Below, in pieces: positions 38,737 to 56,110 of a stretch of 64,000 nt of DNA. Both the position numbers and the translations under genes were made by a program. The notes beneath the pieces are model-generated. The model was not told the origin of the DNA, did no database searches, and saw only the letters and a list, made by a program, of their open reading frames with translations. The first letter of the stretch is position 1, and each line of letters starts with the position of its first letter. The DNA is from the human T2T-CHM13v2.0 reference genome, Homo sapiens: the NCBI RefSeq assembly GCF_009914755.1, contig NC_060944.1; one strand, given 5' to 3'.

Positions 38737-39033
38737 GAAGTAGAAGATGGGAAGGATGGGACTGGGGGACAGAGACTCTGGGGTCTAGGGCAGAGAGACC
38801 CAGGATAGAATCCCAGCCCTGCTCCTTCAGGCTGGGAACACTGGACAAGTCACCTCTTTAAGCCTGTTTCCTCATTCACAAAGTGGGGCTGAAACTCCCC
38901 TCTGTGCCCCAGTGAATTTTCCAGGCACACGCATGGGGCGGGGTATGGGGGGCTTTGATGATTTGGGGCCTCAGTCTGCCCACAGCCTCCCTCCCAGAAA
39001 GGGTTCATCATTCTTTTACTGAAGAAACACTTA

Positions 39034-39543
<510 letters not shown>

Positions 39544-39917
39544 TCAAGGAGGGCTCTCTGAGGAGGGACCTGAAGCCCCGAGGAGGAGAAGCAGAAAAGA
39601 GGAGCAGGTGGGGAGACCTGGGGGTGGGCTGCAGGCTTCAGGCAAAGGCCTGTGGTAGGACTGAGCTTGCATTTGCACTTGCAGAGGAAGTGCGGGGAGC
39701 ACCCCAGCCCAGGAGGTATCTGGCCCGAGGGGACCCTCTCAGCCTACCCCTGCCCCTCCCTGTCCCCGGAGGCTGAGGCTAAGAGGCAAGGTGCGGGCCA
39801 GGCTGGAGGAAATGGGGCCAAGACCCGTCTGGCCAGCAGACTCTCCTGGGACTGCTAATATCCCAAGTGCTGGTGACAAGACACAGCCCCGGGTGGCAGG
39901 GGGCTGGGGGCCTGAGA

Positions 39918-39987
39918 CTCCGTAAACAGCCCTGGCTCGTAAAGCTGATCAAAGCAGCAGGCCTGTCCCAGCCCTGGCCACTTCCTG
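39918..39987. promoter_or_regulatory. Candidate enhancer core (FOX, HOX13-type, TCF/LEF, ETS motifs)
   Basis: GTAAACA 39922-39928, CTCGTAAA 39936-39943, ATCAAAG 39948-39954, ACTTCCTG 39980-39987. Confidence 0.5.
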
Positions 39988-41467
39988 CAGGGCCCAGAGC
40001 CCTGGCCTGTGGGAGATCCTGGGAAGGGCCTCTCAGCAGAGGCTGCTTTGGGGTCTCTAGGCACTGGGGGCAGGGGCAGGGGCAGGGCCAGGTCCCCGAG
40101 CCTGTCCTGGCTTCGGTTTTCCCTCTTGTTTTGCAATGAAGACTGGCTGGAACCTCTGAGAAGCCTGTTTCACTGCATGTCTTTGACAAAAGCTTGGCCT
40201 CTGGAACCGGAGGTCTGGGGGTTTGAATCCCAGTCCTGCTACGGTGTGACCTCAGGCAGTGACACCCGCACCTCCCCTACCGCCCAAAACTGTCCTTAGC
40301 TCTAAAATGAGGATAATGATGGTACCTATTTCAACAGCCTTAGACTGTGAAATTTTATTGATATGATTTCTAATTATAGTTCATTAATTATCTAATGACA
40401 ACAGTGACAGTAGCAGGCATCCTGGTGGAAAAGGCATCCCAGCTTGCAGGACTGGCTGAGGTTTGTGGAGCCAACGGCAAGGATTGTTGGGAAGGTCCCG
40501 GCTCCCATGTGCTCCTCCTGGGCCAGGTCTGGGCAAAGAGAGGCCCCGAGGTGGAGGATTTCCAGGCGGAGTGGAGGTTGCCAGGGCTACAGCCCCTGGC
40601 CTGACGTGAAGTAGCTTTTCCCAGGCCTGGCTCCAAGACCCCAGGGGTCTCACTCTCTCAAATCGGCCTGAGAAGATTTGAGGATGAAAACAGACCCAGG
40701 ACTCGGCCAAGTCTCCCCTCCCTGTTACCCACTCAGCCTGGCCCCACCCTCTCACGCCCGGACTGTTGCGGTGGCCTCCTGGGCTCCCTGCCTCCCATTC
40801 AGTCCCCTTCGGTCCCCTTTTGGCCACAGAAGCTAAGTCAGACAGACCCTGTCCCTCTGCTCAGAGCCCTCCAGGGTTCCCACCCCACTCACAAAGCCTG
40901 AGCCCTCCCACAGCCCACAGGCCCAACCAGCCAAGGCGGAGTAGGCCTGTCACCTCCCAACGCCTCCCTGTCACTCACTGAGATACCGCCTCACCACGTA
41001 AAACCACCACGGCCCGCATGCCAGCTGCCTCTCCCGGCCTGGTGTTTTCATTTTCTTTAGCACTGGTTCCCTTCTGACGCCTGGTATAAAATCCCTGTTC
41101 ATCTTCTCCGTCTCTGCCACAGGAGAGTCAGCACCATGAGGGCAGGGATTTTTGTTTTTGTTTTCTTCCATTTTGTTCCCAGCCATATCTATACCCAGTT
41201 CCTAAAACTGGAGGCACTTAATAGGTGTCTGTGGGAGGCAGGAACGGGTCCTCACCAGCTCTAGGGGCAGGTACTATCGTTATTTCCACTTTACGAAGGA
41301 GGAAGTGAAATTGAGCAAGACCTCACACAGCTGGGAAGCGGAAAGTCAGTGCCTTGATGATCATGATGATGATGATGATAACAACAGCTAAGATATATTA
41401 AGCACCTACTGTGTGCCAGGCACCGTTCTGGGTGCTGGAACAATAGCAAAAGAAAAACACCAGGTGC

Positions 41468-42050
<583 letters not shown>

Positions 42051-43031
42051 TACCAGGTGCATTGTAAGTACGTTACAGCAGATAACTCTTGGAATCCTCA
42101 GTGGGGCCCTCTGTGGAGGGGACTATTACTGTCCCCATTTCACAGATGTGGAAACAGAGGCCCAGAGGGATTAAGTAACCGGTCTCTAACAACAACAGCT
42201 CCAACAGCAGCCCCCATGTACTGAGCTGTGCTCTGGGCCCTGGCATTCACCCGGTATCCCTCACCTTTCCTACGCTTTTGGTTATCCTCTACAGCAAAGA
42301 ACCCAGCCTCTGGAGAAGCAGTAAGTCCCAGCCCATTTCCCAGGCTCTTCTGCCCCCTGGGCACACCTGGTACCAGGCATGGACAGGCCCAAACACCGAG
42401 GCCATTGCACATTTGCTGCCTCAAAGGGACTCACCTTGGTGTCTCAGTTTCCCAAGACTCTTCGGGGTCTGGGGCCCATGGAACGGGTAAGCAGTTCTTT
42501 CTCATTCACACCTGGGACCCCTGCTGTCCCCAGGGAGGGCCTGAGGAAGTGTTGGCCACTCTGCTGTGTGACCTTGGACAAACTGCTGTGCCTCTCTGAT
42601 CTTCCAGGCTCAACCAACTCCATGGGGTGGTGGCTTGCTGAGAAAACTGTGGGCTAGGATCTGTGAGCCAGGGTCTGGGAGGAGTGAGGACCATTCATAG
42701 AAAGCCTGGCAACTGGGAGCACCTGCATCCTGCCTGGGAGGACCACGTGGAGGGAGCAGAGCCACCTTCACCCCTGTCTCGGGCCTGTTTTCCCTTCCCG
42801 CTCTGCCCTGTACTTTGCAAGCCCCCAAGAGATGGGGTTGGGTCCTGTCCACTGCTCCCCCTCCCTGTTTTGGCCACACTTTCTCACTAGGAAAGAAAAT
42901 GACCAGGAGGCCACATTCTCCAGGCCCCCAAAGCCTGCACCAGGGTCTCTCCCAATCCACATCATTCCACCTTTTCCCGCTGCCACTCCACCTCTGTGAC
43001 CCCTTCTCCTGTCACTCAGTCCTTGCAATAA

Positions 43032-43365
<334 letters not shown>

Positions 43366-44939
43366 GGCTCTGCCTCTTTTGCCGATTGGGAGACAAGTGC
43401 AAAGAGGTACCTGGCATGGTTCTGAGTCCAGGGAAAGACAGGACGCCATCCCCAGAGGGCCATGGTGATCTCTCCAGAGGCCAGCCCTCCCCACTGTGCC
43501 CTTGCTTGGGGCAATAATGGCTCAGCTGATGGACCACGCGCGGTGTGCACTGTCCCCCATTTTAAGAAAGAGGGAACTGGGCTTCAGAGGGGACAGCCAC
43601 CTGCCCGAGGTCACCCAGCCAGGAGGTGGCAGTGCCTGTCTGATGCAGAGCCTGTGAGTATGGTGGGCAGGGGAGAATGAGGCCCAGCGAGAGGAACGGC
43701 CCTGCCCAAGGTCGTGCCACCGCTACCAGGGCGCAGACCCCCCAGGCTGGGCCAGTGCTGAGAGCACTGGAATCCCAGGCAGAGTCTTCCCATGACCCTG
43801 GGTGGGGGTGGGGGCTGGCCTGGCATTTCCTGTTTGGGCAGGACCCAGGGCATGGCCTGAGTGGGGAGATAGGGAGACTTCCTACGGCCCCTCCCCGCTC
43901 AGGAACTAGCCCAGGATGCAGTGCGGGGCAGGGTTGGGGCCCGTGTCCTGGGTCCCAGGCCAGCTCTCCCCTTGATATCCTGGTGGTCTTGTTCTCGTCC
44001 CCCAACCCCACCTCAGAGTCTCCACATCCTTGGATTTCTCCATTCTGGGAGTTCACCATTGAATGAACAGATCCAGTTCCAGGTCTTTAGGAGAGCCTGA
44101 AGCCATGACCTTGGACAATCACCTCCCCTCTTTCAGCCTCAGTTGCCTCCTCTGTCAAACAGGGTGATTGATTGTGAGGATGAAATGAGAAGTCGCCTGC
44201 CCAGCACTTCGGGAACCCCACTGCCCCAAGGGAGAAAGTCACCAAGGTCCTGACAATGACCTCATGTGCTTCCCAGACACAGACCCGAGGCCACAGAGGT
44301 TGGGGGACCTATGTGAGGACACACAGCCAGCTGAGGCCTCTCCACTGCCATTTCCTGGGACACAGCCATGAAGTACCAAGAGGGTGCACTATTGTGTCCA
44401 GTGCACTGAGTTCACCCCAGCCATGCTGCTCACTGGCTGTGAGTGGCACTGGGAAGGTCACCTTACCTCTCTGAGCCTCAGTTTTCTCTTCTTCAAAATA
44501 GGAAGAAAACTAACCTGATGGCAGAACTTAATGAGCCGATTAAGTGCACAAGCCACCAGTGGCAGAGTCTGGCACCTGGTAATTCATGGTCTCCCCAGAG
44601 GAGGAGGCTGTGGTCCGCTGTCTCGGGTCCCTTCGGGTGGGATGAAGGGCCCCCAGCTGGGAAGGGTCGAGTCCAGCTGAGGTTATTGGGACAGCCAGGA
44701 GCAGTGGCTGACCCATGCTCTATGTAAGCAGGACCAAGCTCGTCTGCACCTCAACACTCCACAGCGTCTGCCCTGTCAATGCTCTGGGGTATAGGCCCTG
44801 CTGACCTCTCCCACCTTATTCCCCCACCACACTCCTTTGCTAGCACCATTCTCTAACCACGAAGCCCGCTTTGTGTTCCTCCATTCTACAAGCTCATTCC
44901 AGCCTCAAGATCTTTGTAGCTAAAGGTCTCTCTCCCTAG

Positions 44940-45284
<345 letters not shown>

Positions 45285-45789
45285 CCCCTATTTTATTTTT
45301 ATCTTCTATCATTGGAATCTAAAACAGGACCTAGAATAATTTAGGCACTAAATAAATGAAAGGCAATGAATAAATGAATGCATTCTGATTTTGAATCTAA
45401 TGAGTCTTTGTTTTTTAATAGACCCATTTAACTCATTTACATTTATTGTTTAAATGGATATGTTTGGTATTGTGTGATTCTGTATTGTGTTTTCTGTTAA
45501 TTGACTGATTGAATGAATAGATGAATGAATGAGTGAGTGAAGCAAAGTAAATTTCAGGTTGCTGGGGTGGGCTGAAGATTGGAGCTTTCCTGGGCTATCC
45601 AGGGTGAAAAGAGCAATGGCATTGACCCTAGACCCCTCACTTTTGCAATTATTTATTCCACAGCCCTTGATCCCCCAGATGAAGGATCTGTCCATTCTTC
45701 TCATCTCCAGCCTCTCCAATGTAACCTTCATCCTGTCCCTCCCAAACCACCTCCCCACACAGGGAGCATCAGGCTTATGATTCTGGGTT

Positions 45790-46010
45790 GTAAGTTAGAT
45801 TCTCATTCCCATGCCTGCTCCCCCATTAACTGGTGGTGTGGCCTTGATTTACCTGAGTCTTCATTTCCTCACTTGTAAAATGGGATCATAGTATTTGCTT
45901 CCTACTATGACTGTTGAAAGGATTACATGGAACAACTTGGGTCAAAGGGCTTAGCACAGTGCCTGGCTTAGAGAAAGCACTCAGCAAGCTAAGATTTCAT
46001 TATTATTGTT
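45790..46010 (+). mobile_element. MIR
   Basis: tttcctcacttgtaaaatggga...cttagcacagtgcctggc. Confidence 0.75.
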
Positions 46011-46256
46011 GTTGTACCTCAGTTTCCTTCCATTGTAAATGAAGCTGATTTTCACTTCCTTTCAGGCACCTTAGGATCCCTAGCCTCAAAATCTGGAGCT
46101 GGGGAATCTGTCCAACCCACCTTCTCACTGTGTTCTCTACCCTCAGCTCCCAGAGAGGGAATTTCTGGGGACTCTAGGGGATCCTCAGAGGCCTGACCTG
46201 CCACCAGGAGGTGGGGAGAGAAGACAGCACAAAAAATGTGAAAGCTTCTTCAGGGA

Positions 46257-46397
46257 CTGGGTGTGGTGGCTCACACCTGTAATCCCAGCACTTTGGGAGG
46301 CCAGGGCAGGAGGATTACCTGAGGATAGGAATTTGGGACCAGCCTGGGCAACATAGTGAGACCCCATCTTTACAAAAAGCTAAAAAAAAAAAAAAAG
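46257..46397 (+). mobile_element. FLAM / Alu left monomer
   Basis: Single arm plus A tail. Confidence 0.85.
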
Positions 46398-47226
46398 AGC
46401 TTCTTCATGCCATCTCTGTGGCCACATCAGCATTATCCCCACACACAGATGAGGAAACTGGGACTGCACTCGCTCATTTAATTCCACAGACACACCCCCC
46501 TGAGCACCTACTGTGTGCCAAACTGTGCCAGGCCACAGGGCAGGCAGACCAGGCCTCTCTCCCCCAGGGCTCATGGCCCATCAGGGAAGACAGGAAATAG
46601 CAAGTCAGCCCGGGAGGATTTAAATCAAGCGCCTTGCCCAGCCCTTCAAAGCCTCCTAGAGAATTTTCCAGCATCCCTGCCTGGTGGGCGGCCCTGCTCC
46701 CTTGCTCCCTTTTCTCAAAAGAGAAAGCCCGAGGCCAGAGAGGGGCGTTCCCAGCCTGGCTGGAGTCACAGCTTCCGAGGGGTGGTGACAGTCTTCCTGC
46801 CTTTGCCCCAGCTGGTGTCCCTGCCGGGAATACTCTTCTCCTGGTGGGCTGCCAGCAGATCCTGCCCAGTGCTGGGACACTGCCGGGCGTCACTTCCTCT
46901 GGGACCTTCCTGGCTGAGAGGGCAAGGCGCTGACACTCTTGCTCAGCGCCAGAGGGTTTCCTCTTTCATAATGAGTTTCCTACTCACTAGGAAGGTCTGC
47001 GTCCCTTGAGACTCTGAGCTTCACGAGGGGCACAGGCTTTGCCATCTTCCTGGCACCTCTCACCTGCCCAAGCAAGATGGGAACGAGGCGCTGCTGGGTC
47101 CCTTTCTCAGGAAGACGCCCCTACCTCCGCTCCAGGCGTGGATGGCACTGAAGGCCTCTCCCTGCATCTTCTCCTGCTTCAATTCTGCACTTGGTTTATG
47201 GAGTTATTTCTTTTGATTTTTCTTAA

Positions 47227-47668
<442 letters not shown>

Positions 47669-48892
47669 TGTGGGGTCATTTCGTTGTCTAACTCCCTTTC
47701 TAGAATGTTGTCTCTGTGAGGACAGGACTTTTGTCTGTTTGGGGCACCACTGTGTCCCCAGTGCCTAGCATGGTGCTTGGCACATAGGTGCTTAATAACT
47801 ATCTGTGGAAGGAAGGGAAGAAGAGAGGGAGAGAGGAAGAAAAGAAGAAGAGGAGGGAGGGAGAAAGAAGAAGGGAAGGAGACAGGGAAGGGGAGGTTGC
47901 CATTTATTTGTCCAGTTTTTCATTTGTTCATTCCACAAATACTTATTGAGCACCAAGTGTGTGCTAGTTCTGGGGAGAGAATGGTGCCAGACACAGACAC
48001 GATCCTGCCGGCAAGGCACTGACTTTCTGGTTAGTGAGAACCAGTCAGGTTCAGTGGCGGAAAGTGTGGGGAGGCAAGGTAAGGTGGGCGAGGGGCTGCA
48101 GACAGCATGTCGGGGGCACCTGGGCCAGGCTGCTGGCAGGAGGGCTCAGCTGGCAGGGACAGGCCCCGGCTCCCCCTACCCCCAGCTGGCAGATGCACAG
48201 GGCTGTGGTAGCTGTGGGCAGCCCGGTTGCCAAATGCCACCACAGCTGCGTCACTGAGAGCTGGGAGGGCCCCAAGGCTGAGGGGGCTGGGAGGGGCCCC
48301 CACACCCAGGCTGGCTCCAGCCCCGAAGCAGATAGAACTGGTCAAAGGCCTGCCCCGTGCCCACTGTTCCCCACTCTATGTGATGTGGCTACATGGCTAC
48401 TTCCTGTTCTGGACCATTTTCAATTTGCAAAAAAAAAATGGTGCAAAAAATGTGTTAAAAATAAAATGAAAAAGAAAGAAATGGTACTTGAGCCTCTGTA
48501 CATGTTCCTACCTCCAAGAGAGAAGTTAACCGTGGCAGTGACCGTGGGATGCTCCTGGCATCCTTCTGATCTCAGCCCCTCCCCGCCCCCTCCAGAGGCG
48601 ACATCATCCCGAACCTGGCATCCATGACTCTGTGTGTGATTTCATAGTGTAACTTTCCTGGGTCTACTTTAGTGTGTCCCTGGGCAAATCACTCATCTTC
48701 TGTGAGCCTCAGTTTCCTCAACTGCAGGATGGGGATAATAGTCCCCACGTCGGAAGAGTCTTGAAAATTAAATGAGTGCATCTGTGTAAAGCTCTTTGAT
48801 GGGCACCTGGCACTACATAAGCATTCGCCAGTGTTGCTGCTGGACACCCAGAACAGGGGGCAGACAGGTGTCACTTGTGTCAAGAATATAAC

Positions 48893-49268
<376 letters not shown>

Positions 49269-49696
49269 TAGCTCTGGTTTATTCTGTTTCACTTCCTGTC
49301 AGATTTGTCTCCCTGATCAGTTCTGAAAAACCAGGGTCAGTGCCTGGCTGGTTCTCTGCTGTCACCCCTGCCCCAGCCCTGGAGACTCCAAGGATGGGTT
49401 TGTGGAGTGAACGAAGGGGACTCAGTTTCCTCATCTGTGTGATGGGTCTTACAGGCCGTAGGAAGGCGAGAGTGCCCAATGTGAAGTAGATGCTTTATAA
49501 ACCCTTGTTTGTTTCTTCCTCTTCCAGCTGGACCTCCTCCCCCTCCCCCAGGTCTGGGCCTGGACCCCACTACCTTCAGGGCAGCCATCATGCTGACAGA
49601 GCCCTCCGAGGCAGTCAGACTGGGCTCGTCACTGACTCACTCATTCTTTCATATAATCATATATTCATGCACACTCGCATTCAACAACTGTTTTGA

Positions 49697-49990
49697 GCTG
49701 TGGCTCATGCCTCTAATCCCAGCACTTTGGGAGGCCAAGGTGGGCAGATCACTTGGGGCCAGAAGTTCAAGGCAAGCCTGGCCAACATGGAAGAACCCCG
49801 TCTCTACGAAAAATACAAGATTTAGCTGGGTGTGGTGGTGGGCGCCTGTAATACCAGCTACTTGGGAGGCTGAGGCACGAGAATTGCTTGAGAATCGCTT
49901 GAACTTGGGAGGCAGAGGTTGCTGTGAGCCAAGATTGTACCACTGCACTCCAGCCTGGGTGACAGAGTGAGATCTGTCTCAAAAAAAAAC
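49697..49990 (+). mobile_element. Alu inside an antisense L2 tail
   Basis: Dimer flanked by tgttttgagc on both sides. Confidence 0.9.
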
Positions 49991-50822
49991 ACACAAATGT
50001 TTTGAGCACCCACTATGCGCCAGGCTCTGCTCTAGGCTCTGGGGACATGGACGTGAATAACACAGGCCAAAATCTCTGTCATGGTGGGGCTGACACCTGT
50101 CTGGGGAGACAACCATCAGACAATGGTTGTGGCACTGGGTGACCCAAGTCAGAGGGAAGGGAGGGGAGGGAGAGGGGGCTGGGCCTTATCCTGAGGGTGA
50201 TGGGGGCACATGAGTTGGCAGAGGCCAGACTTGATATACGTTCTTCATGCTTCACTCTGGCCCCAGCAGAAGCGTGTGCTGGAGTGAGGCTTAGCACAGA
50301 TAGAGGTATCCGCAAACCCTGCCGTGTCAGACCTGGTCTGAGTTCCCTAGGAACAGGCCCATGATGTGGGAGCCGGGGCTTCCACTGTCCCACTGTCCTC
50401 GCAGGGGATGGGATCAGGTGTCAGCACCTCCCCATGGAGTACAGTTGGGCAATGGCCTTGGGCCTGAGGGCTGTTCAGTCCTGTGACCAGCCAGGCCCCT
50501 TCTGGGAATGGAACCACACCCCAACCCCCAGGCGATGACGTCCCACCAGGGTGTTCCCCACACAGTTCCCACCAGCCCCAGATGAAAACAACTCAATGCT
50601 GCATCCACCACCCAAGGCCTCATCAAATCCACCAGGATCCATCCAGACGGCAGAATATTCTGGAGTCTCGGACAGGCAGGATGGGGCGGAGTTTTGGACC
50701 ACAGGCCTGGCCTGAACCTGAGTTCTCCAGTCACTGCTGTGTGGAGTTGGGAAGGTGCCTTGCTTCTCTGTGCTTCTGTTTCCTTATCCTCAAAATGGGG
50801 ATGATGATAACAACAGACCCTC

Positions 50823-51469
<647 letters not shown>

Positions 51470-51518
51470 TCATGATAGGTTCACTTCACCCTGGGTTAAT
51501 GAGTTAATCCATATAAAG

Positions 51519-51802
51519 CAGCGGTCTCCAACCTTTTTAGCACCAGGGACCGGTTTCGTGGAAGACAATCTGAAAGGGGCTGGGGGTTGTGTGGGGGGTT
51601 GTGTGTTGTGCATATCTCTCGTATATGCAATCTGCAATAGGGTTCGCACTTCTCTGAGAATCTAATGATGTGGGTGATCTGACAGGAGGCGGAGTTCAGG
51701 CGGTAATGCTCGCTTGTCTGCTGCTCACCTCCTGCTGTGCAGCCCGGTTCCTAACAGGCCACGAATGGGTACCTGTCTCCAGTCCAGGAGTTGGGGACCC
51801 CG
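51519..51802. mobile_element. MER1B-type hAT MITE
   Basis: cagcggtctccaacctttttagcaccagggaccggtttcgtggaagacaat...gttggggaccccg; perfect 8-bp TSD atataaag (51511-51518, 51803-51810). Confidence 0.9.
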
Positions 51803-51905
51803 ATATAAAGCCTCAGACTGTGTCTGATACAGACTAAGCCCTAGAGAAACTTTGCTGTTGCTATGATTATTATTGACATTATTGATATTATTGACATTAT
51901 CATTA

Positions 51906-52225
<320 letters not shown>

Positions 52226-52233
52226 GCATTAGC

Positions 52234-52265
<32 letters not shown>
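52234..52265. repeat. (AGT)10 microsatellite
   Basis: Direct read. Confidence 0.95.
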
Positions 52266-52789
52266 AAGTATGGATTAATCCAAGGGGGAAAAAAGGAGGG
52301 AGTGGGACTGAGGTAAAGCAAGCTGCTACTTGGAGAAAAAGGTAAAGAAGATGACCAGATAGATGCGTGTGTAGATGTTCACACCATCTCCAGAGACCCA
52401 AGAGACTGGCGGCAGTGGTGGAGGGAGTGGGGACCTGAGGGAGGGGAAAGGACACCGACTTTCCACCCTTTGTCCCCTTCCACGCTGTTTGGGTTGTTCC
52501 TTTTTTTCTGTGCACTTGTGTGGATATTCAAAACCAAACACTACAGAAAGAAATTCTGCAAGAGGTTTCCTTCCTTAGCGAAAGCCCCAAATCGTCCCTC
52601 TCAGCCCCGCCCCCTCCCACCCCCACATCCCGGCCTGTGGGTGGCCCAGTCTGGTCTCCCACCTCTGCTGGTGTTCTGCGCTCCTGGCCTTGGAGCAGGT
52701 CCGAGCTGGAATGCCCTGCAAGAAAGGGGGCTCCTCAGAGTCCCTCAGAGTGGCCCTGGCTCTGGGCAGCCAGGGGTGTGGGGCTTTGG

Positions 52790-53030
52790 GGAGGGGGGTC
52801 CCGGCTGACTGATGAGAACTCCAAATGCTCCCCAGCCCCGGCTGCTAATCACTTCCAGATTGGCCGGGTCAGGGCCAGGGCCGCCGCCGCCTGGCTCCAT
52901 AAACAGCCCGTCGCTCCAGATGGCGGCTGGCTCCAGCCTGGCGAGCAGGTTCATGGGGGACTGGGGGGTGGCAGCAGGTGGAGGACCCCCACCTCACTAG
53001 CCGCCTCAGCTGCCACACCTCCACACCGCC
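52790..53030. promoter_or_regulatory. GC/CpG-rich promoter- or enhancer-like block
   Basis: ACTTCC 52851, ATTGG 52859, (GCC)4 52880-52891, CCATAAACA 52897-52905, CAGATGGCGGC 52917-52927. Confidence 0.5.
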
Positions 53031-54199
53031 CTGAGTTGGGGACCCTGGGCCAGAAGGGGTGGCAGAAACTGAACCCATTGCTCAGAGGAGGGAAACTGAG
53101 GCCCGGAAGGGGCAACGTGGGTGGTGGTCAAGGTGGGGGGAAGACAGAGATGTAAGGGGGGTGCTCCTTGAGGGTTGATGCTGGGTTCACTTTACCTCTG
53201 TGAATCCAGCACACCATGAGGATGCCGTAAAGACCCGAGGAGGGAGGGAAGGGGGGCATCATTGCCAGCTGGGTTTAAATTCTGGCTCCAGCTTTTACTC
53301 CCTGAGTGAATAAATTATTTCCACCCCCAGCCTCAGTTTTCTCATCTGTAAAATGGGGATGGCTGGAGTACAGGATTGCTGGAAGATTCAATGATTCGGC
53401 TCCTGCAGACAGTTTGCACTCCACACATGGCGCAGGCGCTGAACACAGCTTCTCCCTCTTCCTTTTCCGGAAACTCCTTCTATTCCTGCTTCTCCTGCCG
53501 CCGGAGAGCACAGTGGCCTCCTCCAGGAAGCCACCTTGACTTTTACTCAGACCTCTCCCTTTGTGCCAGGCACTGTGCTTTTCCCACAGCCTCTCTCACA
53601 GGGTCTCTCCTCGACACAACTGGCACCTGACGCTCTTGTCCTTTTGAAAACAAGGAAACAGAGGGTCAGGGAAGTAACTGGTACCTAGTGCTGTTAGGGC
53701 CCCGCCCCTTGCAGATGAGGAGACAAAGGGCCAGGGAGGCAGTGGGATGGATATGTTGAGGTCGCCAGGAAAAGACAGCCTGATGTGCACCTGGAGCTGT
53801 CTCTGAAGGTCTCACAGAACCTGGCACAGCGTCAGGTAACCCGGCTGCCTCTCCTGCCACACCCACCAACCCCAGAGCCCACACCTTGGCACAGAAGGAA
53901 GAGATCCAGGCTGGTGCTGGGTCGTAATATCCCAGGGAAAGGGGTAAGGAGCCTTGACCTGCTCCCATACCTGCCTGTCTCCAAACTGGGCTGGATCCTG
54001 GCTGGGTGGCCGCTGGGTGGTAGCCTTGTCCCAGGACACCCGGCAGCAGGACAAGGTGGGGGAGCCAGTTGCTCTGTGAGTTCCCCTCAGGACCATCCCT
54101 TCCTGCTCCGCTGAGCAGAGACACAGCTCCCCGAGGCCTGAGTCCCCATTTTTCACCATCTTTATCCTCGTTCCTGGCACAGAAAAGCCTCAGTATCAC

Positions 54200-54420
54200 T
54201 TTGTCGAATGTGGTATTGAGTGCATGGGTGAGGCACTCCTCCAAGCAACTTACTACAGTAACTTTTTAAATGTTTACATAGCCCTCTGAGAAGGGGACTA
54301 TTATTATTGCCCGTTCACAGATGAGGAAATGGAGGCTCAGAGAGGTTAAGTGACTTACTGGAAGTCACACAGCTGGAGCTAGGATTTGAACTCAGGTCTC
54401 CTAGCTCCAGCGTGCACATT
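54200..54420 (-). mobile_element. MIR
   Basis: cacagatgaggaaatggaggctcagagaggttaagtgactt...gtcacacagctgg...ggatttgaactcagg. Confidence 0.88.
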
Positions 54421-54529
54421 CTTGCCCACATGTCTCTGCTCCCAGGGTAGCAGTGAGCCTGAAATACGTGCAGTGCCTGGCAGGTAGTAGGTGCTTTTCC
54501 AAGCCCTTCTTTTGCTTCACTCAGCCTTG

Positions 54530-55010
54530 AGGTCAGCGGCCCGTTCTGCCCTGTGCCTGGGAGGAATGTTCGTGGTGGCCCCAGCCTGGATCCGAGAAGA
54601 AAGGCAGCCTTGTGGGCGAAAGGTGAGCGGCTGGGTGGGCGCGGGCGTGTTTATCCAGGGCCGGCGTGTGGCTCGGGGTGGCGCCGCTGTCAGCCGCGCC
54701 GGCTGCCCCAGGCCTGTGCTGGCCTCCAGATGTGAGCTGGCTCCAGCCGGCCGGGCCCCCCCACCCCACGCACAGAGGGGCTTTATCAAAAGCGGCTGTG
54801 AGGAGGCCCAGGAGGCCGCCTGGCTCCAGCCTGCTGGCTCTGAGCCCCGGGCCTGCAGAAGCCAGGCCAGTCGCACTTGTGCTCTTGTGCCCTGGTCTTC
54901 GTGTGCTCCACGGCCCAGCTCCTCTGTTCTCCTCGAGTCCCCTGGGGGCCCAGGCGAGGGACAGCCCCTTTGCCAGGAAACTGAAGCTGCAGGAGCAGTC
55001 CGGGAGGGGT
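54530..55010. promoter_or_regulatory. Small CpG-rich regulatory-like block
   Basis: Local CpG enrichment; TGTTTAT 54648-54654, GGCGCC 54680, TTTATC 54782. Confidence 0.45.
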
Positions 55011-55274
55011 AACAATGCCAGAACCCTCCTGCAGCGTTTATTTTTCTGCATTCCAGGGGGGTAGAGGTAACCCACACGGAACAAAAGTGCAAAATTCATC
55101 AAAATTCAGAGAGTGCTCAGTGAGACATCAAAGTGTAGACACTCGTGGGAAGGAGAAATTGCAGATTCAGAGAGCCAGTTCTTAGCGGGGAGGAGAGTAA
55201 CTGGGGTTGGGGGGTTTGCAGGGGCTATGTTTTCTCTGCGGTATTTTCTTTTTTAGGTGGGGGTGGGGGTGTTA

Positions 55275-56110
<836 letters not shown>

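Noticed and set aside
52520-55102. Several overlapping 170-211 aa ORFs on both strands
   Set aside because: Multiple frames open at once reflects high GC; no domain recognised
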